From positions 28,959-92,958 of the forward strand of contig JBBQXS010000013.1 in the NCBI GenBank assembly GCA_038209365.1: a stretch of DNA of 64,000 nt. Reading direction: 5' to 3'. Both the position numbers and the translations under genes were made by a program. The notes beneath the pieces were generated by a model, which worked only from the letters and a program-made list of their open reading frames with translations, did no database searches and was not told the origin of the DNA. How positions within the stretch are numbered: the stretch's first letter is position 1; each line of letters opens with the position of its first letter. The stretch comes from Acidimicrobiia bacterium. GTDB lineage: Bacteria; Actinomycetota; Acidimicrobiia; IMCC26256; PALSA-610. Of the stretch, positions 55,848 through 64,000 are shown piece by piece.

Positions 55848-56501
55848 ATGCGCATCGGGATCTTGGGGGCGACGGGACCAGCCGGCAGAGGGCTTGCCGC
55901 GCGTCTCGCCAGCGTCGGGCACGAGGTGTTGTTCGGGTCACGCGCGGTGGACAAGGCGCGGGCGTCTGTCGACGAGCTCGAGAAGGAGTGGGGCGACCGC
56001 GTGGCGGGTCGTCTCATCGCGTGCGACAACGCGTGGGCCTGCGACGCGCCGGTGGTGCTCCTCGCCGTTCATGCGGAGTCCGCCATCCCGACCGTGCAGG
56101 AGCACGCCGAGCGGCTCCCCGGCAAGATCGTGGTGTCGATGGCGAACAACCTCGTGAAGAACGGCAACGAGTTCAATGCGGTGCTGCCGCCGCACGGGTC
56201 GGTCGCGGCAGAGATCCAGGCGCTGTTGTGGCGCTCGCGTGTGTGCACCGCGTTCCACCTCGTGCCGGCCGCCGAGTTTGCGGCGCTCGACCGTGAGATG
56301 GAGAGCGATGTCGTCGTGCTCGGCGACGAGGACGAGGCCAAGGTGACGCTGATGGAGATCACCCGGTCCATCCCGAACCTCCGGCCGCTCGACGGCGGAT
56401 CGTTGCGCAACGCGGTCGGTATGGAGACCTTCGCGGCGGTGCTCCTGACGATCAACGTCCGCCACAAGATGCGCGCGAGCTTGCGGCTGACGACGGTCTG
56501 A
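55848..56501 (+). CDS. npdG: NADPH-dependent F420 reductase
   Basis: MRIGILGATGPAGRGLAARLASVGHEVLFGSR Rossmann N-terminus typical of NpdG/Fno. Alternative ATG at 55830. Confidence 0.8.
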   Translation: MRIGILGATGPAGRGLAARLASVGHEVLFGSRAVDKARASVDELEKEWGDRVAGRLIACDNAWACDAPVVLLAVHAESAIPTVQEHAERLPGKIVVSMANNLVKNGNEFNAVLPPHGSVAAEIQALLWRSRVCTAFHLVPAAEFAALDREMESDVVVLGDEDEAKVTLMEITRSIPNLRPLDGGSLRNAVGMETFAAVLLTINVRHKMRASLRLTTV

Positions 56502-56504
56502 CGC

Positions 56505-57281
56505 ATGGAGGACCTGCGCGGCCGGGTGATCATCGTCACCGGCGCGTCGCGCGGTATCGGGAAGGGTCTCGCTCTCGGTCTGGCCCGGCTCGGCGCCGAC
56601 ATCGTCTGCGCGGCACGCACGCGAGCGTCGGGCACCGGACCCGACGCGTTACCGGGCAGCATCGTCGAGACGGCCGACGCGATCCGCGCGGCAGGCGGCA
56701 CGGCGCTCGCGATCCGGTGCGACATCGGCGAACCTCGCGACATCGAGGATCTCGTCGAGACCACCGTCCGAGAGCTCGGACGCGTCGACGTCCTCGTCAA
56801 CAACGCGATGGCCGGCACACGCGTGTCGTTCGGCGAATCAACAGTCGACCAGTGGGACACGTCGATGCGCATCAACGTGCGGAGCCTCTATCTTCTGTGC
56901 CGCGCCGTCGTCCCGCACATGACCAAGCACGGCGGCGGGAGCATCGTGAACATCTCCTCGGGCGGCGCCGACCACGCGAGCACGCCGTTCATGCCGCCGG
57001 GCTTCCTGTTCTACGCGGTCGCCAAGGCCGCGATGGAGCGCTTCACGAGCGCGATCGCGCCGGAACTGCGCCCGTTCGGCATCACGGTCAACGCGCTTCG
57101 GCCCGGTGCGGTCAAGACCGAGATGTCGACGCGTGAACTCGGAGAGGACTTCGACTGGTCGACCTGGACCACTCCCGACGCGGTGGTTGCGCCCGTCGCG
57201 GCGCTTGCTGCGCAGATCGACACCGATTTCACCGGTCGCGTCGTCGACGTGTCGAGCTTCGGCAAGACGTGGCCCGAGTAG
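56505..57281 (+). CDS. SDR family oxidoreductase
   Basis: TGASRGIGKG, NNAM/G, and catalytic YAVAKAA (YxxxK). Confidence 0.85.
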   Translation: MEDLRGRVIIVTGASRGIGKGLALGLARLGADIVCAARTRASGTGPDALPGSIVETADAIRAAGGTALAIRCDIGEPRDIEDLVETTVRELGRVDVLVNNAMAGTRVSFGESTVDQWDTSMRINVRSLYLLCRAVVPHMTKHGGGSIVNISSGGADHASTPFMPPGFLFYAVAKAAMERFTSAIAPELRPFGITVNALRPGAVKTEMSTRELGEDFDWSTWTTPDAVVAPVAALAAQIDTDFTGRVVDVSSFGKTWPE

Positions 57282-57290
57282 TGTGACTTC

Positions 57291-58487
57291 GTGGTGATGC
57301 GGCTGTACGAGACTGCCCGTCGGGCCGTCGTGCCGTTCGAGCCCCCGCCCACGGTGCGCATGTACGTGTGCGGCATCACGCCGTACGACTCCACGCATCT
57401 CGGTCACGCCGCGACCTACCTGACCTACGACGTCCTCATCCGACGGCTCGAGGAGCTCGGCCACGACGTGCGGATGGTGCGCAACATCACCGACGTCGAC
57501 GACTCGATACTGCCCAAGGCCCGCGAGCTCGGCATCCCGTACCTCGAGCTCGCGGATGCCGAAATGGCTCGTTTCCACAACGACATGGCCGCGCTGGAGA
57601 TGCGGCCGCCGATCGCCGAGCCGCGCGCCACCGAAGCCATCGACCAGATCATCGAGCTCGTCGCGAAGTTGCTGGAATCGGGACACGCGTATCTCACGCA
57701 CGGCACCGCGTACTTCGACGTCTCGACGTTTCCCTCCTACGGCCAGCTGTCGCACTACTCCGAGCACCAGATGGTGCGCCTGGCACGCGAGCGCGGCGGG
57801 AACCCCGACGACCCACACCGACGCGCGCCGCTCGACTTCGTGCTGTGGCAGCCGTCGCTCGCCGACGAACCCGCGTGGCGCGCACCGTTCGGGGTCGGCC
57901 GGCCGGGTTGGCACATCGAGTGCTCGGCGATGTCGATGTACGAGAACGGTCCCACGCTCGACCTGCACGGCGGCGGCACTGATCTCATCTTCCCCCACCA
58001 CGAGAGCGAGATCGCGCAGAGCGAGTCGATCACCGGCAAGCCGTTCGTCAAGCACTGGCTGCACTCCGCGATGGTGAACTACGAGGGCGAGAAGATGTCG
58101 AAGTCGCTCGGCAACCTCGTATTCGTCAGCGACCTGTTGAAAGCCGCCGACTCGCGCGCCATCCGACTCGCATTGCTCCGTCATCACTACCGCCACGGGT
58201 TCGACTGGTACGACACCGACCTGGACGAAGGCACCGCAATGCTCCGTCGATTGCTGGCCGCAGCCGAACGAGATCGCGGTCCCGATCCCGCGCCGTTCGC
58301 CCAACGGGTGCGCGACGCGATCGACAACGATCTCGACACACCGCGCGCCCTCGACGCGCTCGACGACCTCGCCAGCGCGATCCTCTCCGGCGGCGACGAC
58401 CCCAACGCGCATGCCGTGTTGTGCGAGCTCGGACGGTTGCTCGGTATCGACCTCGAACGCCCGATCGGCGTCGGCGCCGCGCACTGA
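57291..58487 (+). CDS. mshC: Cysteine:1D-myo-inosityl 2-amino-2-deoxy-alpha-D-glucopyranoside ligase (MshC); CysRS paralog lacking the anticodon domain
   Basis: 398 aa. HLGHAATY, GWHIECS, KMSKSLGN, and ERGGNPDDPHRRAPLDFVLWQ typical of MshC. Too short for CysRS. Confidence 0.75.
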   Translation: MVMRLYETARRAVVPFEPPPTVRMYVCGITPYDSTHLGHAATYLTYDVLIRRLEELGHDVRMVRNITDVDDSILPKARELGIPYLELADAEMARFHNDMAALEMRPPIAEPRATEAIDQIIELVAKLLESGHAYLTHGTAYFDVSTFPSYGQLSHYSEHQMVRLARERGGNPDDPHRRAPLDFVLWQPSLADEPAWRAPFGVGRPGWHIECSAMSMYENGPTLDLHGGGTDLIFPHHESEIAQSESITGKPFVKHWLHSAMVNYEGEKMSKSLGNLVFVSDLLKAADSRAIRLALLRHHYRHGFDWYDTDLDEGTAMLRRLLAAAERDRGPDPAPFAQRVRDAIDNDLDTPRALDALDDLASAILSGGDDPNAHAVLCELGRLLGIDLERPIGVGAAH

Positions 58488-58512
58488 TATCCAGCATCAG
58501 CCAAACGACAGC

Positions 58513-58531
58513 GGTCCCGCGGATCTTTTTT
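58513..58531 (+). terminator. Weak intrinsic terminator after mshC
   Basis: GGTCC-cgc-GGATC hairpin followed by T6 (58526-58531), a rare T-run in this GC-rich sequence. Confidence 0.35.
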
Positions 58532-58611
58532 CGCGCCGTCTCGTTCTCACCGTCCCATATGCCGGGTCGGCGCGTTGGCGGCGCGACGCGCGGCGCGGGT
58601 AGTTCGGGAGC

Positions 58612-58704
58612 ATGTTCGCAGCGGATCGACGAACGCACCTCCTCGAGTGGTTCGTGTTCGCGGTCGTGATCATCTGGTGCGTCGTCGCGCTGGTAGTGGT
58701 CTGA
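58612..58704 (+). CDS. Possible small hydrophobic peptide (30 aa)
   Basis: MFAADRRTHLLEWFVFAVVIIWCVVALVVV. GGGAG lies only 1 nt before the ATG. Followed by the hairpin GCGGGG-aaac-CTCCGC. Not in the ORF track (below the length cut-off). Confidence 0.2.
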   Translation: MFAADRRTHLLEWFVFAVVIIWCVVALVVV

Positions 58705-58795
58705 GCGGGGAAACCTCCGCGTTCGTGCATTGACGCATTGGTAGCCTCGACCAGATATCCATCCGGCCGACCGAGATCCCCCGACTGAGATCCTG

Positions 58796-60049
58796 ATGAG
58801 CGAGCAGATCAGCGTCACGCTTCCCGACGGTTCCAGCCGGGAGTATCCACGGGGGACGACGCCCGCCGACGTGGCGGCCGCGATCGGCGCTCGGCTCGCC
58901 AAGGCGGCGGTCGCCGCCAAGGCCGACGGCGAATGGGTCGACCTGTCGGTGCCGCTCGTGCGGGATACGCGGCTCCAGATCGTCGTCGCCGACTCGGACG
59001 ACGGCCGCGAAGTCCTCCGCCACTCCAGCGCGCACGTCCTGGCCGAAGCGGTGACGCGCCTCTTTCCCGGCGCCAAGTACGCGATCGGTCCAGCAATCGC
59101 CGACGGCTTTTACTACGACTTCGAGCTCCCGGGCGGTGCGACGTTCTCCGACGACGACCTCGCGCGCATCGAGGACGAGATGCGCAAGATCGTGAAGGCC
59201 GACGAGCGGTTCGTACGCGAGGAGTTGAGCTACGACGACGCGCTGGCGCTGTTCCCCGATCAGCCGTACAAGCGCGAGATCATCGAGAAGGTGCGCACGG
59301 GTGATGCGTCGGCGGAGGACGCGGGCGAGGTCGCCATCGGAGAACGTCGCGTCTCGGTGTACCGCAACATGGACGATGGGCAGGTGAGCTTCGTCGACCT
59401 GTGCCGCGGCCCGCACGTCCCGTCGACCGGCCGGATCGGCGTCTTCAAGCTCACGAAGGTCGCCGGCGCGTACTGGCGCGGCAATGAGAAGGGCCCGATG
59501 CTCCAGCGCGTCTACGGCACCGCGTGGGAGTCGAATGCGGCGCTCGAAGAGCACTTGCTTCGCCTCGTCGAAGCCGAAAAGCGCGACCACCGCAAGCTCG
59601 GGGTCGAGCTCGATCTGTTCTCGTTCCCGGAGGAGATCGGGTCGGGGCTGGCGGTGTTCCACCCGAAGGGCGCACTCGTGCGACGCATCATGGAGGAGTA
59701 CTCCCGACAGCGTCACGAGGCGTCGGGGTACTCGTTCGTGAACACGCCGCACATCTCGAAGGAAGGCCTGTTCCAGACGTCGGGTCACCTGGAGTGGTTC
59801 GCGGACGGCATGTTCCCGCCGATGCACCTCGAAGAGGGCGGGCAGGGCGGTGAGGGCACGAACTACTACCTCAAGCCGATGAACTGCCCGTTCCACGTGC
59901 TGATCTACCGGCACGGCACGCGTTCATATCGAGAGTTGCCGTTGCGCTTGTTCGAGTTCGGTTCGGTGTACCGGTACGAGAAGTCGGGTGTCGTGCACGG
60001 CCTCACGCGTGTCCGCGGCATGACCCAGGACGACGCGCACATCTTCTGA
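58796..60049 (+). CDS. thrS: Threonine--tRNA ligase, N-terminal 417 codons, ending at an in-frame TGA that replaces the conserved Zn-ligand Cys codon
   Basis: TGS domain, editing-domain HSSAH, class II motif 2 FRYEKSG...[16 protein letters not shown] then TGA (60047-60049). Confidence 0.9.
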   Translation: MSEQISVTLPDGSSREYPRGTTPADVAAAIGARLAKAAVAAKADGEWVDLSVPLVRDTRLQIVVADSDDGREVLRHSSAHVLAEAVTRLFPGAKYAIGPAIADGFYYDFELPGGATFSDDDLARIEDEMRKIVKADERFVREELSYDDALALFPDQPYKREIIEKVRTGDASAEDAGEVAIGERRVSVYRNMDDGQVSFVDLCRGPHVPSTGRIGVFKLTKVAGAYWRGNEKGPMLQRVYGTAWESNAALEEHLLRLVEAEKRDHRKLGVELDLFSFPEEIGSGLAVFHPKGALVRRIMEEYSRQRHEASGYSFVNTPHISKEGLFQTSGHLEWFADGMFPPMHLEEGGQGGEGTNYYLKPMNCPFHVLIYRHGTRSYRELPLRLFEFGSVYRYEKSGVVHGLTRVRGMTQDDAHIF

Positions 60050-60061
60050 ACCAAGGATCAG

Positions 60062-60805
60062 ATGGCGGGCGAGCTCGCGTCGCTGCTCGACTTCGTGCTC
60101 GACCTTCTCCGCGACTACGGCCTCGACGACTTCTACCTCGAGCTCTCCACCAAGCCGCCCGGCAAGGCCGCCGGGTCCGACGACGACTGGGACGAGGCGA
60201 CCGAGGCGTTGCGCGCAGTGGCGTCGGGAAAAGACCTCGACCTCGTGCTCGACGAAGGCGGCGGCGCGTTCTACGGGCCGAAGATCAGCGTGCAGGCGCG
60301 CGACGCGATCGGACGCACCTGGCAGATGTCGACGATCCAGCTCGACTTCCAGACGCCGAAACGCTTCGACATCAACTACGTCGGCGCCGACAACGAGCGG
60401 CACACGCCGATCATGATCCACCGGGCGCTGTTCGGCTCGATCGAGCGGTTCTTCGCAGTGCTCGTCGAGCACTACGCCGGCGCGTTCCCGGCGTGGCTGG
60501 CACCGGTGCAGGCGGTCGTGCTCCCGGTGAGCGACCGGCACGACGCGTACGCGTTCCGCATCGTCGACCGGCTGAAAGCCGAGGGGTTCCGCGCCGAGAT
60601 CGTCGACGGCTCGGCCGGCGCACTCGGTGCGCGCATCCGCCGGTCGAAGGTCGAGAAGGTGCCGTACATCCTCGTCGTCGGAGACGACGACGTCGAGGCG
60701 GGCACCGTCGGTGTGAACAGGCGGGGGAGCGAGCGACCCGACAAGGGCGTCAGCGTCGACGTGTTCGTCGAGCAGCTCGCCGCCGAGGTCGCCGAGCACA
60801 AGTGA
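60062..60805 (+). CDS. thrS: Threonine--tRNA ligase, C-terminal 247 codons (same frame as 58796..60049, 4 sense codons after the TGA)
   Basis: DFYLELSTKP, PIMIHRALFGSIERF, motif 3, and an anticodon-binding domain. Continuous with the upstream ORF if the TGA is read through. Confidence 0.9.
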   Translation: MAGELASLLDFVLDLLRDYGLDDFYLELSTKPPGKAAGSDDDWDEATEALRAVASGKDLDLVLDEGGGAFYGPKISVQARDAIGRTWQMSTIQLDFQTPKRFDINYVGADNERHTPIMIHRALFGSIERFFAVLVEHYAGAFPAWLAPVQAVVLPVSDRHDAYAFRIVDRLKAEGFRAEIVDGSAGALGARIRRSKVEKVPYILVVGDDDVEAGTVGVNRRGSERPDKGVSVDVFVEQLAAEVAEHK

Positions 60806-61317
60806 GTCTCGAGCGCTTGTGGGCGGACTGGCGTGCAGAGTACGTGGCGAACGCCGACGGGCTGCTGGACACACGCGGATGCGTGATGTGCAACCTCGTG
60901 CACGCGACCGACGACGCGGAGGCGCTGGTGCTGGAGCGCACCGACGAGACGATCACGGTGATGAACCTGTTCCCGTACGGGTCGGGGCACCTGATGGTTG
61001 CTCCGGTGCGTCACGTCGCGAGCTATGTCGACCTCACCGACGACGAGAACACCGCGCTCGCACGTGCACAGGCGCGCGCGCTGCGAGCGATCCACGCGGC
61101 ATACACGCCGGACGGCGCCAACGTCGGCGCCAACCTCGGACGGGCCGCGGGCGCCGGAGTGCCCGGGCACCTGCACGTGCACGTGCTGCCGCGCTGGAAC
61201 GGCGACACGAATTTCATGACCGCGATCGCGGGAACCCGGGTCCTGCCGGAGAGCCTTCGCGCGGGTTACGACAAGGTGAAAGCAGCATGGAGCGGCTACG
61301 GTCCGACGCGTGAGTGA
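60802..61317 (+). CDS. HIT family protein
   Basis: GTG 60802 overlaps the thrS stop (GTGA). Histidine triad GHLHVHVLPRW. The longer track ORF 60493..61317 extends into thrS out of frame. Confidence 0.85.
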   Translation: MSLERLWADWRAEYVANADGLLDTRGCVMCNLVHATDDAEALVLERTDETITVMNLFPYGSGHLMVAPVRHVASYVDLTDDENTALARAQARALRAIHAAYTPDGANVGANLGRAAGAGVPGHLHVHVLPRWNGDTNFMTAIAGTRVLPESLRAGYDKVKAAWSGYGPTRE

Positions 61318-61774
61318 CCGCGACGACCTCCCGGAGGATCTCGACGTCACTGCATACGTCGGACCGTACGTCTTCCCGGACATCCGCCGCCGCCGAATTG
61401 CCGGGGCGCTGTACGCCGTGCTCGGCCTCGGCGTGCTCTGGGCGGCGCTGGCCAGCGGCAATCGCGGCCTGCTGTTCGGCGCGATCCTGCTGCTCGCGAT
61501 CGCGGCGTATCACTTCGTCGCGGGCTGGCCGCTCGAGATCGATCAGACGGAGGCGCTCGCCGTCGCCAGTCGTACGGTCGGGTTCCCTGTCGGGCACGCA
61601 TCCGCGCAGCTGGGATGGCGGGGCCTGCGCTCGCGGCCGACGTGGCGCATCTTGCTCTACAGCGCCGAGGATCCGCCGGCGACGCGCGGCCTCGTCGAGC
61701 TCGACGCAGTCGACGCGCACGTCATCGGTGAATACACCGAACGCAACCCCGAGGACTGGTCGCAATACCGCTGA
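61310..61774 (+). CDS. Hypothetical membrane protein (154 aa, two TM helices)
   Basis: The GTG start overlaps the HIT gene end. Hydrophobic pair AGALYAVLGLGVLWAAL / LLFGAILLLAIAAYHFVAG. Confidence 0.5.
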   Translation: MSDRDDLPEDLDVTAYVGPYVFPDIRRRRIAGALYAVLGLGVLWAALASGNRGLLFGAILLLAIAAYHFVAGWPLEIDQTEALAVASRTVGFPVGHASAQLGWRGLRSRPTWRILLYSAEDPPATRGLVELDAVDAHVIGEYTERNPEDWSQYR

Positions 61775-61818
61775 GTCTTGTCTACGCTCCGCCGGTTTCG
61801 ACCGAACGAGGGGGACAC

Positions 61819-62205
61819 ATGAAGAGGCTCTGGCAGGAGTTCGTGAAGTTCATCATGACCGGCAATGTGTTGATGCTGGCCGTGGCGTTCATCCTCGGTT
61901 TGGCGATCAAGCAGGTCGTGACGTCGTTCACTGATGACATCATTCAGCCGATCATCGGCGCGATCGTCGGCAAGCCGGAGTTCACGAACACGCTCAAGAT
62001 CGGCAAGGGCGTCCTACAGTACGGAGCGTTCATCACCGCGGTGATCGATCTCTTCGTCACCGGCGCGGCCCTGTTCGCGATCGTGAAGGCGTACGACGCC
62101 TATCGCGCGCGCCGGCATCCCGGGGCCGAGGAGCCCGAGGCGCCGAGCGAGGACATCGCGGTCCTGCGCGAGATCCGCGATCTGCTGCGAGCGCAGGCGC
62201 GGTGA
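61819..62205 (+). CDS. mscL: Large-conductance mechanosensitive channel
   Basis: 128 aa. EFVKFIMTGNVLMLAVAFILG, FTDDIIQPIIG, YGAFITAVIDLF. Confidence 0.9.
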   Translation: MKRLWQEFVKFIMTGNVLMLAVAFILGLAIKQVVTSFTDDIIQPIIGAIVGKPEFTNTLKIGKGVLQYGAFITAVIDLFVTGAALFAIVKAYDAYRARRHPGAEEPEAPSEDIAVLREIRDLLRAQAR

Positions 62206-62206
62206 G

Positions 62207-64000
62207 CTAGGCCTTGGCCTCCTTCGCCGCGGCGACGATCTTGTCGGTGAGGTGGGTTGGCACCGGGTCGTAATGAGCGTGCTCCCGCGTGAACCGTCCG
62301 CGCCCGCCGGTCATCGATCGGAGGTCGATCGCGTATCGGAGCACCTCTGATGTCGGCACGTGCGCGACGATCTCGACCTCACCGCCGCCGACCGCCGCCG
62401 AACCCTGGATGCGGCCCCGCTTGCTGTTGAGGTCACCCATGACGTCGCCCTGGTACGACTCGGGAACCGTCACGACGAGCTCGCTCACCGGCTCGAGCAG
62501 TATCGGGTTCGCCTTGCCGAGCGCGTCGCGCAAGCCGATCGCCGATGCGGTCTTGAATGCCATCTCGGAGCTGTCGACCGGGTGGTGCTTGCCGTCGAAG
62601 CACGTGACCTTCACATCGACGACCGGGAAGCCGAACGCTCCGCCGGTTTCCTCGGTGTCGTGCACGCCTTTCTCCACCGCGGGGATGAAGTTGCGTGGGA
62701 TCACGCCGCCGACGATGGCGTCGACGAACTCGTTCCCCTCGCCGCGGTCCTTCGGTTCGACCCGCAGCCACGCCACCGCGAACTGGCCGTGACCGCCGCT
62801 CTGCTTCTTCACCTTGCCCTCGGCCTCCGACGTCCCGGCGATCGTCTCGCGGTATGCGACGCGCACCTCTTCGGTCTCGACTTCGACACCAAACTTGCGG
62901 GCGAGCTTCTCGGTCGCGATCGACAGGTGCGTCTCGCCCATGCCGCGCAGCACGGTCTGATGCGTCTCGGCGTTGCGTTCGATACGCAGCACCGGGTCTT
63001 CTTCTTGGAGTCGGTGCAACGCGTTGGCGAGCTTGTCCTCATCGCCCTTGCTCTTGGCGCGGATCGCGACCGAGAGCAGAGGCTCGGGCGCGGGGAGCAG
63101 ATCGACGACCACCATCTCCGAACCCTTCGCGCTGAGCACGTCGCCGGTCGCGGTATGACTGAGCTTGGCAACGGCCGCGATGTCGCCCGCCGAAACCGCG
63201 TCGACGGTGTCCTGCTCCTTGCCGCGCATGGAGAAGAGCTGGTGCATGCGCTCGTCGGCCTTCGAGCGCGCGTTCGTGAGAACGTCGTCGTGCTTGACCG
63301 TGCCCTGCAGCACCTTGAACAGATTCACGTGACCGACGTAAGGGTCGACGATCGTCTTGAAGACAAGAGCGCCGGATTGACCACCGTCGAGCGCGGGTGG
63401 CGGTGCCTCCTCGACAAGGAACTTCGCCAGCCGGTCGATGCCCACGAGCTTCGTCGCGCTTCCGCACAGCACCGGGAAGACCGTCGCCGACGCCACTCCT
63501 GCGGCGAGCGCGCGGGCGAGCTCGGACGTTTCGATGTGCTCGTCGCCGAGGTAGCGCTCCATGAGGTCGTCGTCACCGACGACGATGCCCTCGACGAGCG
63601 CGTCGTGCACCGCGTGCTCCTCGGCCTGCATGTCGTCGGGCACCGCGCCCTCGATGCCCTTCGGCGCACCGCCCGCGTAATTGACGGCGACGTCGTTCAG
63701 GAGATCGATCACGCCCGCCAAGCTCGCTTCCTCGCCGATCGGCAACTGCAGCGGGGCGACGCCCGCGCCGAACTTCGCCTTCAGCTGGTCGAGCGTGCGC
63801 GAGAACGATGCGCGTTCGCGGTCGAGCTTGTTCACGAAGATCGCGCGTGGCAGGCCGCGCTGCTCGGCGAGCTTCCATGCGATCTCGGTCTGGACCTCGA
63901 TCCCCTCGACGGCCGACACGACGAACAGCGCGAGGTCGGCGGCCTGTATCGCGGCGGCGACGTCGCCCACGAAGTCGGCGTAGCCCGGTGCATCGAGAAC
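62207..64000 (-). CDS. Elongation factor G-like GTPase (EF-G paralog), 5' end beyond the window
   Basis: The frame stays open to the window edge (LDAPGYADFVGDV = G3 DxxG region). NKLDRE (G4). EF-G domains II-V follow. Confidence 0.9.
   Translation of the reverse strand, partial: VLDAPGYADFVGDVAAAIQAADLALFVVSAVEGIEVQTEIAWKLAEQRGLPRAIFVNKLDRERASFSRTLDQLKAKFGAGVAPLQLPIGEEASLAGVIDLLNDVAVNYAGGAPKGIEGAVPDDMQAEEHAVHDALVEGIVVGDDDLMERYLGDEHIETSELARALAAGVASATVFPVLCGSATKLVGIDRLAKFLVEEAPPPALDGGQSGALVFKTIVDPYVGHVNLFKVLQGTVKHDDVLTNARSKADERMHQLFSMRGKEQDTVDAVSAGDIAAVAKLSHTATGDVLSAKGSEMVVVDLLPAPEPLLSVAIRAKSKGDEDKLANALHRLQEEDPVLRIERNAETHQTVLRGMGETHLSIATEKLARKFGVEVETEEVRVAYRETIAGTSEAEGKVKKQSGGHGQFAVAWLRVEPKDRGEGNEFVDAIVGGVIPRNFIPAVEKGVHDTEETGGAFGFPVVDVKVTCFDGKHHPVDSSEMAFKTASAIGLRDALGKANPILLEPVSELVVTVPESYQGDVMGDLNSKRGRIQGSAAVGGGEVEIVAHVPTSEVLRYAIDLRSMTGGRGRFTREHAHYDPVPTHLTDKIVAAAKEAKA

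Noticed and set aside
60050-60064. AAGGA SD-like sequence 5 nt before ATG 60062, suggesting a deliberately split two-subunit ThrRS.
   Set aside because: AAG GAT and ATG are the native Lys-Asp and Met codons of the conserved ...C-T-K-D-Q-M... segment. A split enzyme would still lack the essential Zn-ligand residue. The SD resemblance is most simply coincidental.
60493-60801. N-terminal 103-codon extension of the HIT-protein ORF (track ORF 60493..61317).
   Set aside because: The extension overlaps the conserved thrS C-terminal domain in another frame and is Arg-rich junk. HIT-like sequence begins at GTG 60802, which forms a GTGA overlap with the thrS stop.

Overview
High-GC (roughly 70% by eye, not computed) actinobacterial-type chromosome segment, densely packed with housekeeping genes. 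I saw no rRNA, tRNA, CRISPR array, transposase, integrase or phage genes. Gene order, left to right: a ~590-nt ORF-poor region containing a duplicated ~90-nt element; a PLP aminotransferase; a ferritin-like gene with a TetR regulator; plsC, glpK, pfkA, tesB, threonine aldolase, a PIG-L deacetylase, a NUDIX hydrolase, dinB, a Gfo/Idh/MocA oxidoreductase, and a DUF3040-MerR pair. Next come a MoxR / DUF58 / transglutaminase module, an HNH protein, and a 1051-aa coiled-coil protein transcribed divergently from mraZ. A complete dcw cluster follows: mraZ, rsmH, ftsL-like, ftsI, murE, murF, mraY, murD, ftsW, murG, murC, murB, ftsQ, ftsZ, pgeF, yggS, sepF, yggT, divIVA. After it: ileS; an L,D-transpeptidase fused to 42-aa propeller-like repeats; a lysine-rich DksA/TraR zinc-finger protein; lspA, rluD, an Rrf2 regulator, an AlkP-family protein, a DinB-family protein and dnaE. 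The right end holds an F420/mycothiol-related group (LLM oxidoreductase, F420 reductase, SDR, mshC), thrS, a HIT protein, mscL and a partial EF-G-like gene. The most notable observations are these. (1) thrS is intact except for one in-frame TGA at the codon of the invariant zinc-ligand cysteine, which is either an error/pseudogene or candidate selenocysteine recoding. (2) The giant coiled-coil gene shares a repeat-rich control region with mraZ, including four 10-bp-phased GTG[G/T] MraZ-type boxes. (3) A long-range helix in the unusually long mraZ-rsmH spacer is a candidate mraW RNA motif. (4) A phased DnaA-box-like repeat array and a palindrome lie upstream of dnaE. (5) A histone-H1-like/DksA fusion has its domains in the reverse order to what I recall for Streptomyces DdbA. 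Many long antisense ORFs in the track are high-GC artefacts.
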